DNA of 64,000 nucleotides, from assembly GCA_012862495.1 (NCBI GenBank), contig BLSG01000080.1, forward strand, positions 293,068-357,067, given 5' to 3'. Below the pieces are notes generated by a model that was not told where the DNA came from, searched no databases, and worked only from the letters and a program-made list of their open reading frames with translations. A program made the position numbers and the translations under genes. The DNA comes from Thraustochytrium aureum. Its lineage: Eukaryota. Below, in pieces: positions 38,789 to 49,286 of this stretch (within the stretch, counting starts at the first letter, position 1; every line of letters starts with the position of its first letter).

Positions 38789-39108
38789 TGGTGCTGCGAA
38801 CGCGGCTCGTGTCCTCCAACTAGATGTTTCGTCTCAACAGAACTGTTTCTGAAGGTGGTCGACGTTTGCGTTGCGCCCCCTTGCTCATCACCGCCCGCGC
38901 GCCCGCCCGCCCGCCCGCCCGAACGCCCGCCCAGTGCGTTGCTGGCGCCCCCCGCGCCGTGGCGCTCGCCAGGGTCCGCCTTTCTTGGGAAAACTCGAAC
39001 GGCTTGCAAGTTCGGACCGCCACTCAGTTGGAAAACGCAGCGGCCTCGACGTCGTTTTTGCAAAACCCGCGCGGGTCCAGCACAAGCAGCCTTCGAGGCC
39101 CAGAGGCC

Positions 39109-39903
39109 ATGGCGGCAGAGGGCTCTCTTCGCGAGGCTCTCGCTGCGCGCGGGCTGGATCTCGTCGAGCCCTTTTCCGTCCACGCTTACAACGAGGCGAC
39201 GGCGGACATCGCCCAGCTGCAGCCCCTGACGATTGCACGAGCAAACGCGGCGGAAAACGGCCCCGCCGTGGGCGAGGCTGAGCACGGGCTGCTCGTGGGC
39301 CACTCGCGGGCGGTCTGGCGCCCCTTCCTCAAGTGGTTTGCCGCCTTCCCTGACCGGGAGGCGCAAGCGTTTCTGGACAACCCGCTGGACCTGTATGCAG
39401 TCAGCTGCGTCCAGGAGGTGCTCACCAAGTTTGCGCCAGGCGCAGCGACGCGAGTCTACTCGGATCTCGCCGGCCCGCTGGTCGCGCTCCAACGCGTCGC
39501 TGCACTGAGTGGGATGGCGACCGTCGACGATACGCTCCACCTGTGCGTTCACGAGCGCGTCGGCCCCTGGCTCGCCCTGCGCGCCGTCGTGGTGAGCGAC
39601 ACGCCGCTCGCAGCGCCGTCTGAGCTCGCACTAGCGACACTGCGAGCAGCCCCGCTCGGCCACGCAGCAGCAAGCTATTTGTCAGAGGAGGAGCGCGAGC
39701 TCGCCGCAAAGGCTTTCCAGGCGGCAATGCTGGCCGTGCCGCAAGACTGGCGCCTTTGGGTCGCGCTGCGCGACGTTGTCAAGCGGGGCGCAAGCGAACG
39801 GTACTGCGCCGACCAAATTTGTTACCACTACACGAAAGACCGCGCCGCGCTAGAGCGCGCGGCCCGCCGCGAGCTCAACCCCAGCTCGGCTGTGGCCGAA
39901 TAA
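39109..39903 (+). CDS. MMACHC/CblC-like cobalamin-processing protein
   Basis: GLDLVEPFSVHAYN, LLVGHSRAVW..F, NPLDLY, VALQRVAALSG, LCVHERVGPWLALRAVVV, DWRLWVALRD, ERYCADQICYHY. Confidence 0.8.
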   Translation: MAAEGSLREALAARGLDLVEPFSVHAYNEATADIAQLQPLTIARANAAENGPAVGEAEHGLLVGHSRAVWRPFLKWFAAFPDREAQAFLDNPLDLYAVSCVQEVLTKFAPGAATRVYSDLAGPLVALQRVAALSGMATVDDTLHLCVHERVGPWLALRAVVVSDTPLAAPSELALATLRAAPLGHAAASYLSEEERELAAKAFQAAMLAVPQDWRLWVALRDVVKRGASERYCADQICYHYTKDRAALERAARRELNPSSAVAE

Positions 39904-40841
39904 ACCCAGCCCCCCCTCCCACCCACCACACAATTTGCCTCACGCTTGGGCTCCGCTGCTCCCGCCAAAGTCGAGCGTNNNNNNNNNNNNNNNNNNNNNN
40001 NNNNNNNNNNNNNNNNNNNNNNNNNNNNNNNNNNNNNNNNNNNNNNNNNNNNNNNNNNNNNNNNNNNNNNNNNNNNNNNNNNNNNNNNNNNNNNNNNNNN
40101 NNNNNNNNNNNNNNNNNNNNNNNNNNNNNNNNNNNNNNNNNNNNNNNNNNNNNNNNNNNNNNNNNNNNNNNNNNNNNNNNNNNNNNNNNNNNNNNNNNNN
40201 NNNNNNNNNNNNNNNNNNNNNNNNNNNNNNNNNNNNNNNNNNNNNNNNNNNNNNNNNNNNNNNNNNNNNNNNNNNNNNNNNNNNNNNNNNNNNNNNNNNN
40301 NNNNNNNNNNNNNNNNNNNNNNNNNNNNNNNNNNNNNNNNNNNNNNNNNNNNNNNNNNNNNNNNNNNNNNNNNNNNNNNNNNNNNNNNNNNNNNNNNNNN
40401 NNNNNNNNNNNNNNNNNNNNNNNNNNNNNNNNNNNNNNNNNNNNNNNNNNNNNNNNNNNNNNNNNNNNNNNNNNNNNNNNNNNNNNNNNNNNNNNNNNNN
40501 NNNNNNNNNNNNNNNNNNNNNNNNNNNNNNNNNNNNNNNNNNNNNNNNNNNNNNNNNNNNNNNNNNNNNNNNNNNNNNNNNNNNNNNNNNNNNNNNNNNN
40601 NNNNNNNNNNNNNNNNNNNNNNNNNNNNNNNNNNNNNNNNNNNNNNNNNNNNNNNNNNNNNNNNNNNNNNNNNNNNNNNNNNNNNNNNNNNNNNNNNNNN
40701 NNNNNNNNNNNNNNNNNNNNNNNNNNNNNNNNNNNNNNNNNNNNNNNNNNNNNNNNNNNNNNNNNNNNNNNNNNNNNNNNNNNNNNNNNNNNNNNNNNNN
40801 NNNNNNNNNNNNNNNNNNNNNNNNNNNNNNNNNNNNNNNNN

Positions 40842-42404
40842 AGAACGTAGCGACCTCCGTCACCGGGATGCGGCCCTTGGCTGCGAGCTGCCCCCCGTAC
40901 CAGAGCGCGGCGATCTCCACGCCGTGGTCCACGAGCGAGCGAACCAAGTCGAACACTTTGAAGCACAACGACCCCTGCTCTTGCGCGCGGCCCCGCGCCT
41001 TGAGGCTCTGCGAAAAGATGGCCGTCTCCACGGGCTCGCGCCCAAAGCTGCGCAGCGTGCGGACCCCGACCGGATTGACAAGGACAGCCCAAATGTCGCG
41101 AAAGTTGGCCACGACAGGCGGCCCGAGGTAGGCCTCAAGGCGCTCCTGCACCGTGGTCAGCGCCTCATTGGCAAGCAACTGCGAGGGCAGCAAAACGGCC
41201 ATCACCAGCGACAAGGGCCTGCTCTTGCCCCATAGCATGGCCGCGCTGCTGAAGATCGTGCTCGCGTTCTGGACCGTGTTGATCGGCAGGTCGAACAGCG
41301 ACGTGCACACGAAGGGTGTGTTGCCGATGGTTTGTCGAGCCTCAAACAGGTCGTGCTGCTCGAAGAACGCGACGTCCTGCGTGATCAGCGAGCGGAACAG
41401 GTCGGTTTGCAGCTTGATCACAAACTCGCGCCGCCCCAGCGCCTTGACCTTGTCGGCGACGAACTCGCTCAACAGCCTGAGGACCTCGAGCGTGACGAGC
41501 GTCTTGACTGTGCCGCGTATGGTCTCCCCGCGCCCGGTTGCTACCAGGGGCACGGCGCCAGACGCCACGGCAGCGGCAGCGGCTGGAGCGCCGGCGGGCG
41601 CGCTTTTCGAGGACCCCAGTTGCGCGAGCGCGAGAGACATGACGCGGTTCGTGTAGTGGGACTTGAGAGCGTAGATGGACCCATTCAGCACGGAGAGCGC
41701 GCTGCTGATGCCCACGTAAGGCAGCTGTGAGCGCGCGCGCTCGAGAAGCGCCAGCGCTTTGGTGACCTGGTTGGCCTTGCGCAGCTGCACGGCGCGCCGG
41801 GCCTGGGACCCGGCGCGCTCAGAGCCTCCCGCAACGGGGCTCGGTCAACAAGCCACTCCTCCGCCTTCCCGAGGACGTCCTCCTCAAACTCGATCTGCCG
41901 TAGCAAGGTGGCCGCCTCTGTCGCCGTGAGCGCCCGAGATAGGTCCCCGAGCCTCGACACGTTGTGCGCCACGCCTCGCGCTGCGACGACCAGCCCTGTC
42001 GCCACGAGCGGGTCGCGCCGGTCCACCTGGGCCACCTCGTCGGTAGCCTCGACAATGACGTCTACGTCGACTTCCTCGGCATCCTCCGCGCCGAGCCCCG
42101 CCGCGAGAGCCTCTTCCGCGAACGTCAGGACCCCTCGGAGGCGGTCGCAGCGCTTTTGCAGCTCCCGCTTCACCCACTCCCGCTCCTCCTTGTCCTTCTC
42201 GCTGGCGCTGCGAGAACGCTGCAGCAGTGCAACGGCAGCAGCAAGGAGACCGGCCGCCAATTGCGGCCCATACGCCACCAGCATCGGGGCCTGTCCCTGC
42301 GTGCCGCCGCCTTGCAGGGCCCTGGCGAGCCTCTCCCTCGCCCTCAGCTTCCTCGCGGCCCACAAGGCCGCCCCGACTCCCACAGCAAGCCGCACGGCGT
42401 TCAT
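40842..42404 (-). CDS. ABCB-type half-transporter, membrane domain (NBD presumably in gap 39979-40841); frameshift near 41800
   Basis: KLQTDLFRSLITQDVAFFEQH, SRPLSLVMAVLLP, GVRTLRSFGRE and LWYGGQLAAKGRIPV are ABCB ABC_membrane motifs. Confidence 0.75.
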
Positions 42405-42788
42405 CGCGCGCGCCCTGGCCTCATCCTGTGCCCTGCTATCGCCGCCAGCCGCCCCGCGCGTCCCGCCGCCATCTCGCGCGGCTTCGCCATCGCCATCGCG
42501 ACCAAGATGGTCGTCGTGACCGCCATGGCGCGCCATCCTGGGGCGCTCTCCTCGCCCGCTTGGCCTCCTCGCGCAGCCGCGCGCGCTCCCTGGCGCCCTG
42601 GCGGGTTCGGGGTCTGCTCCGAGCGGGCAGGGCTCGTGGCGTCGCGCGGGGTGTGGCGCTGGTGCTCGCACGCGATGGCGCGCGGGCAGAGTCGGATCAG
42701 GTCTGCCCGTCGCTCGATGCCCNNNNNNNNNNNNNNNNNNNNNNNNNNNNNNNNNNNNNNNNNNNNNNNNNNNNNNNNNNNNNNNNNN

Positions 42789-44861
42789 GGGCGCCGAGCG
42801 CGGCGCCGAGCGGGGCGCCCAGCCAGGCGCCGACGACGCTCGAAGAAGGGCTGGGCGCGCCGGACTTGAGCGCGTTTGACGTGTTCACGATGGTGCTGTA
42901 CTTTGTTGTGCTGTTGCTTGTCTCTTTCTTCACGTCCAGAGACCAGGCCAAGCAGCAGTCGCGAGGGGGCGGGTCGGTCTCGTACTTTTTGGCCCAGCGA
43001 GACGTGAGCTGGTGGGCCATCGCGCTGTCTCTCTTCGCGAGTAACATCGGGTCGGAGCACTTTGTGGGCCTGGCGGGCGGCGCCGCCAAGGACGGCATCG
43101 CGATTGGGTGGTACGAGGTTGGCGCCATTCCCTGCGTGCTCGCGCTCGGGCTCTTCTTTCTGCCCACCTACATGACGGCGCACGTGGCCACCACGCCAGA
43201 GTACTTGGAAAAGCGATACGGGCGCGCCTGCCGCACGGCGGTCGTCGTGGTTTCGCTGCTGCTGTACGGGTTTTCCAAGATCGCTGCCACGCTCTACGCC
43301 TCTGAGGTGCTCATCGTCCAGCTGCTTGACCTCAACAAGTGGGCCGCAGTTGTCCTGCTTCTTGCGCTCACGACGACCTACACGCTGCTCGGCGGCCTCG
43401 AGGCTGTGATCTACACCGAGGCGCTGCAGACGGTTGTGCTCCTGCTGGGCGGCTTCCTGGTTGTCGCATACGCGGTGCCGGAGGCTGGCGGCGTCGCTGC
43501 GGTGCGCGATGCGCTAGACGACGAAATGTTTCACCTGTTTCGCCCCGCCACCGACCCCGACTACCCGTGGACCGGCGTGTTTGGATACTACCCGTTCGCG
43601 CTGTGGTACTGGGCCATCGACCAAGTCATCGTCCAGCGCGGCCTTGCTGCGCGCAACATTGCGCACGGCCAGCTTGGCTGTCTTGGGGCGGCGGCGCTCA
43701 AGACGCTCCCGTTTTTCCTCATGGTGCTGCCCGGCGTCTGTGCGCGCAAGATTATGATCGACCGAGGCTTGGACGTGTCGGATCCAGCGCTAACCAGTAG
43801 GGCCTACCCCTGGCTCGTCCTCGAGGTAGTCCCCCGCAATGCGCGCGGACTCATCGTCTCCGCGATGCTCGCGGCCCTGATGAGCTCGCTCGCGTCCGTG
43901 TTCAACTCGAGTGCGACGCTCTTCACCCTGGACGTGTGGAAGCCGCTCCACCCCGCGTCAACCGAAAAGCAGCTCGTCCTTGTGGGCAGGGTCGCGGTGG
44001 GCCTCCTTGCAATCGTCTCGCTAGCCTGGCTCCCGGTCATCCCGCTGCTCGGGTCCACGTTTTTCCTCGTCATCCAGGAGCCGCCCGCCTACCTGGCGCC
44101 GCCCATGTTTGCTGTGTTTTTCTGGGGCATGGTTTCGCGCTGGCCAAAGCGCGCCTCCGGGGGGATCTGCCTTGCGGTGGGCTTTACACTTGGCCTCGTT
44201 CGCTTTGCGCTGCGGATCGTTGAGGCGGTTGATCCGACGCTGCGCTTTGGGTCGTTTACGGCGATCAACCACCTGCACTTTGCGGCGGTCTCCTTTGCTC
44301 TGTCAACGGCGGTCCTTTTCGCGGCGTCGTTTGTGCTACGCATGTGCCCGGCGACTGCAGCGGGGCACAGCCTGGTTGAGGACGCCGCCGAGCTCCAAGA
44401 GGCGCTCTTGTTCTCGCCAACGGTCGTTTGCGCGGCTCATGGCAGAATCGCACGAGGAGCGGGAGGCCAGGCGCGTGGCGCGGGCGGAGCTCGAGCTCGC
44501 CGAGACGGCATTTGAAGGGAGCGACAGCGACTCGGACCCATTGGAGACGACAGAGCCCGCCTCGCGCTTTGCCGTCCAGGGGGAGCTGGCTTTAGAAGAC
44601 GCAGGCGCCGATTTGCGGCTCGACGGCGCCGAGGACGGCCTCCAGGCGCCGTTAGCGGCGAGGGCATCTGACGACTTGGACCAGGGAGGAGCGCTGCAAG
44701 TCCGCAGGTGCGGTGAGGGGTATGGCGCTGTAGACGTCGCGCAAGCGCACCGCGAGGAGGTCCCGTTAGCTCTTTCTTCCAGTCGAGCTCAATGTGGGAT
44801 CCTTGGCGCGTCGGCTGCCTTGATTGCCTTGTGGGCGGTCGGGGTAGGGGTGCTCAGTTGA
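42789..44861 (+). CDS. Sodium:solute symporter (SLC5/SGLT-like); 5' end uncertain; frameshift near 44430
   Basis: YFLAQRDVSWWAIALSLFASNIGSEHFVGLAG, TTPEYLEKRYG, GGLEAVIYTE, WYWAIDQVIVQRGLAA, AALMSSLASVFNSSATLFTLD. Confidence 0.93.
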
Positions 44862-45468
44862 TTGGCCATCCAGCAATGGCGCGGCGCTGGGCCTGCGCGC
44901 TGGAGGACCAAACCAGCCTCAGAGATACCTAGCTAGGGGTACGAACCACCCGTAGGTACTTGCTGCATACTCAAACTTGTCGACAGGATCCCTCCTTGCT
45001 TTCAAGTACTCGGCCCACTTGGCCCGGGAAGCATGCGACGGCACGACCCACTGGCGAGCGCGCCCCAGCCGACAGTGGCGCTGCATGCAAGGCACCCAGC
45101 GCTGCCGTGGATNNNNNNNNNNNNNNNNNNNNNNNNNNNNNNNNNNNNNNNNNNNNNNNNNNNNNNNNNNNNNNNNNNNNNNNNNNNNNNNNNNNNNNNN
45201 NNNNNNNNNNNNNNNNNNNNNNNNNNNNNNNNNNNNNNNNNNNNNNNNNNNNNNNNNNNNNNNNNNNNNNNNNNNNNNNNNNNNNNNNNNNNNNNNNNNN
45301 NNNNNNNNNNNNNNNNNNNNNNNNNNNNNNNNNNNNNNNNNNACAGAAATGCGCTCGCTGCGTCCGGAGGCACATTCCACCACGCGCCATCGCTCACCAT
45401 TCACCTGGTCAGTCGTCGGTCGGCCGCGTGCAGCGAGCAGCGCTCGCCAGTCCTCACTACACAGCAGC

Positions 45469-47928
45469 ATGCGAGCTGCGAGCAGGGTGGCGGCCCTTTG
45501 GGCCGCCGTCGCCGCGCTTGGCGTGAAGCTCGGCGAGGGGATCCCGGCGGTCGAGCAAGGCCGCGCCAACTCGAGCTCGGCAACACTCCGCGACGGACGC
45601 GTGGAGATACTAGTGCACCGGCGCGCGTCGAGCGCCGCAAGCCTGTGGCGGGAGCTAGGAGCCTCGCAGCTGGCACAGACAATGAGGGAGGGCGACGGGG
45701 TCTACTGGACCACGGTCGTGGTGGACAACCAAGAGTTCACCGTGATCGTGGACACCGGGTCAGACGCACTGCTTGTGCCATGCGTCGGGTGCAATTGCGG
45801 CAACCACAACCACTTTGATACAGCTCTGTCGGTGCACGCGAGCGATGAGCACGCAAAAAAGACGCAGTGTTACTCGGAGGGTTCGTGCAACAGGTGCGAT
45901 TTTTGGCGAGCCCCAGTGTGCTTTGGTGCGGGCTGCAGCGCGGCTGAAAATGGCGCTTACGTGCGGTTCGGATGCTGCTCATCGTACGCCCCGGCGTTCA
46001 AGGTGCAAGAGGCCGACGGCATCGTGGGCCTCGGCCCGGGTCCAAGCTCGCTGCTCTCCGCCCTTCACAACGCCAACAAACTCGAGCAAACCGTCCTCTC
46101 GATGTGCATGTCCAAGCGCGTTGGCACCCTGGCGGTCGGCGGGTTTGACAGCTCGCGGCACTTGGAGCCCGTCCAATGGGCCCAAATGACGATCTCATCG
46201 TTTTACTCGACGACCTGCAGAGCATCCATGTTGGCGAAATGGCGGTGTCTGACTGGCCGCGCAACAAGGCTATCATTGATGTGGGCTCTTCGTTCACTTA
46301 CTTGTCGCGCTCGGAGTTCCGCTCGCTCAGCTCCGCTTTCGTCGCCTGGTGCGCTCAAGATGGGCGCTGCCAGCGCGGACCGGATGTCTCTGCCCTCCAC
46401 GCCGACCTGCGCGACTCGATCGCTTGCTTCGATCCGCCGGATGGTGTCAACATTCACGACCTAAAGGAATTCGACGCCTGGATCTCCACCTTTCCCACCA
46501 TCAGGTTTGGGTTCCCTCGCGCCGGTGCTGCGCCACGAAACGCCGACGACACCGACGAGGGCTACAGCAGCGGCGAGGAACAGCCCTACCCAAGTCCCGG
46601 CGACCTATCTGCTGGCCGCCCATCTCGTACCTGTTCCGTTCTCGCGATTCGTTTTGCGTGGGGGTTTTCAAAGGCGGCTCGAGCTCGGTTCTGGGGGGCC
46701 AACTTTTGGTCGCCGGGTTTTGACGTCATCTTGGACCTTGACCAGGCCCGCTTTGGACTCGCTCGCGCCCAATGTGACCCGGAGCCGACCTCCCGGACCT
46801 CGTTTTGGCAGTCGCCGCTCAACTGCTGCGGGTCGTGCGCAGAAGCGCAGCAAAACGGCTGGCAAAACCCTAGCTCCAGCCCGGACAGGCGTGTTTCCCT
46901 CGACGCCGCCGCCGTCCAGGCTGTCAACCATGGGACCGACGCGAAGCGCGGGGTCGGTCAAGGCCCCGACTCGGTCGCCCACGTCTTCTGAGCTTGAGAT
47001 CTTCCCTGGAGCCTGCAATAACGGCCTCTGGTGCACAGCAGATCCGAAGGCCGTCAAGATTGAGATCGCTGTGCAATGCGGGGTGAATGCTGCCATATTC
47101 TTGGTGCTCATCCAACAAGCAGTGCGCTTCCGGCCGGCGCCTAGCTCCCCCCCCGTTCTGTTGCTTTACCTCGCGCTCGTGCTCGTCGCAAGTGGCCTCT
47201 TGTCGCTCGACACGGAGCTCAGCGAGTCCAAGGTGGTGTCGACAGTGACTTCGCTCATCAGGGGTCTGGAGCGCGGTCTCTTCTTCACGGTTGTGCTGTA
47301 CATCGCGTTCGGAATAGGCCTCGTGCGTCGACCAGGGCGCACGCGCGTCCGCGTCATCGGAGCGAGCATCGTGTGCATCATCTTGTGGTGTGCGGACATT
47401 GCGTTTACGCAGTCTGTGCGCTTTGGTGCTCCTGCCATTGCCTATTTCATCATCATGGCGCTTTACGTGTCGTGGCTTCTCGCGGTGTCGGTTTCGACGA
47501 TGCGGCTCAGCTCAGGCCCGACGCGGGCGCTCTTCAGAGGCATGGCGTTTGCGGTCGCGGCTTGGCTGGTTTCCATCTTGGTGCTCTTGACCGCGCTTGA
47601 TGTTCGTGACTCGATGCCGCTTTTGATGCGTTCGAGCACGCACTGCACGGTGCTCCTCTTGCTTCTCGCGGTCGTGTTTCGGCCGTCGCGCTTTGTCGAG
47701 CTGCCGACCCTCGGCAGCAAGCCCAACGAACCGGCACCGCGAACCTACGAGCTCGGGGATGCGCCGCAATTTGGTGAAGATGCAAGTACCGGTACTGGCC
47801 TGGACCCGCTCTCCGACACGCGCGGCGTAGGAATTGAGAATCCGCATCTGCCAGCAGCAAGTGTAGAATACGCTCGTTTTGACGACATCAGCGACAACCC
47901 GAGCGGTTCTCAGCTCTCGCAAGCCTGA
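45469..47928 (+). CDS. Secretory A1 aspartic protease (plasmepsin V-like) fused to a C-terminal 7TM (GOST/GPR107-TMEM87-like) domain; several frameshifts in 46210-46910
   Basis: Signal peptide MRAASRVAALWAAVAALG. IVDTGS..PCVGCNCGNH, QCYSEGS, FGC, QEADGIVGLG, IIDVGSSFTYL, VLGAN, FDVILDLDQARFGLARAQC. Then seven hydrophobic helices ending AVVFRPS. Confidence 0.8.
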
Positions 47929-47974
47929 GGGCGAGCCTGGCGCGCAGTGCGCAAGCCGCCGACCGGATATGCAG

Positions 47975-48170
47975 GTGATGCGCTCGCAAGCCCGACGCCA
48001 AGTCACAGGTGCCAACCGGACAGGCTCGTAATGCAACCGCCAATCGGAGTTGTTCGTGATGCGCTCGCAAGCCCGACGCCAAGTCACAGGTGCCACGGGG
48101 CATGCTCGTGATGCAACCGCCAACCGGAGTTGTTCGTGATGCGCAGAAACGCGCAAGCCCGACGCCGACA
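47975..48170. repeat. ~80-bp tandem repeat, about 2.4 copies
   Basis: GTGATGCGCTCGCAAGCCCGACGCCAAGTCACAGGTGCCA..ATGCAACCGCCAA(T/C)CGGAGTTGTTC at 47975 and 48056, partial copy at 48136. Confidence 0.9.
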
Positions 48171-48787
48171 AGTCCAAGCCAACAACGCCAAGCCGACGAC
48201 GCCAAGTGCACAAAACAACAACAACAACAACAAAACAAACAACAAAAGCACACAATCCATTCGCGGAACAAACGAAGCGACACCGCCTCCACGCCTTGTG
48301 AAAGAGGGAATCCCTCCACGCCGCGTCGGACAGTCCCGTCCCTCCCACGCGGCCCCTGCATCGGAACGGGTCCCCCCGCCTCCCATCACAGTGTGCATCC
48401 GATGAGAGCGCTCTCGCCCTTCCTGCCGCCTCCTCACGAGTCGCCTGAGAGCGTTTCAGCAGGTTCACGACGTTCTTGACGCGCTGGCGTCCACTCTTGC
48501 GCGCCAGCGTGCTCGCTTGTGCCTTACACAGGCTAGGAGCTTCCTCGCTCTCTTGAATGAAACCAATTGTCTCGTGCCACGGTGCACTTTGGAGGTGGAC
48601 CTGCAAAAGCAGGCGCGAGCCGAATTCTACTGCTAGGTAGCAGAGTACTGTTCTCTGGGGGCAGGCAGGGAGGCAGGCAGGCAGGCAGGCAGGCCACGCG
48701 ACCAGGCTGCGCAAACCCCATCCCCCGAGGCGCAGGATCCTGTCGCAGCGTCAGGTGCGCGCGAGGCAGACCCGCATCGATCGACCC

Positions 48788-48840
48788 GCTGCGGAAGCGA
48801 GCGCTGCGGAAGCGAGCGCTGCGGAAGCGAGCGCTGCGGA
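48788..48840. repeat. 15-bp tandem repeat (GCTGCGGAAGCGAGC) x3.5 upstream of the Cu-ATPase
   Basis: Seen directly in the sequence. Confidence 0.9.
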
Positions 48841-49286
48841 CGCGCGCGCTTTGATCGACCGACCCGCTGCGAGTGCACGCGGCGCGCGAACGGAGCGGCG
48901 CGCCGGACGGGGCTCGTTCCACGCNNNNNNNNNNNNNNNNNNNNNNNNNNNNNNNNNNNNNNNNNNNNNNNNNNNNNNNNNNNNNNNNNNNNNNNNNNNN
49001 NNNNNNNNNNNNNNNNNNNNNNNNNNNNNNNNNNNNNNNNNNNNNNNNNNNNNNNNNNNNNNNNNNNNNNNNNNNNNNNNNNNNNNNNNNNNNNNNNNNN
49101 NNNNNNNNNNNNNNNNNNNNNNNNNNNNNNNNNNNNNNNNNNNNNNNNNNNNNNNNNNNNNNNNNNNNNNNNNNNNNNNNNNNNNNNNNNNNNNNNNNNN
49201 NNNNNNNNNNNNNNNNNNNNNNNNNNNNNNNNNNNNNNNNNNNNNNNNNNNNNNNNNNNNNNNNNNNNNNNNNNNNNNNNNNNNNN

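Noticed and set aside
44919..45112. Possible 3' end of a minus-strand gene (..KWAEYLKARRDPVDKFEYAASTYGWFVPLARYL*)
   Set aside because: Plausible but mostly in a gap and not assignable.
47975..48170. Possible CRISPR-like repeat-spacer array
   Set aside because: The intervening segments are themselves near-identical, there are fewer than 3 full units, there are no cas genes, and the context is eukaryotic.
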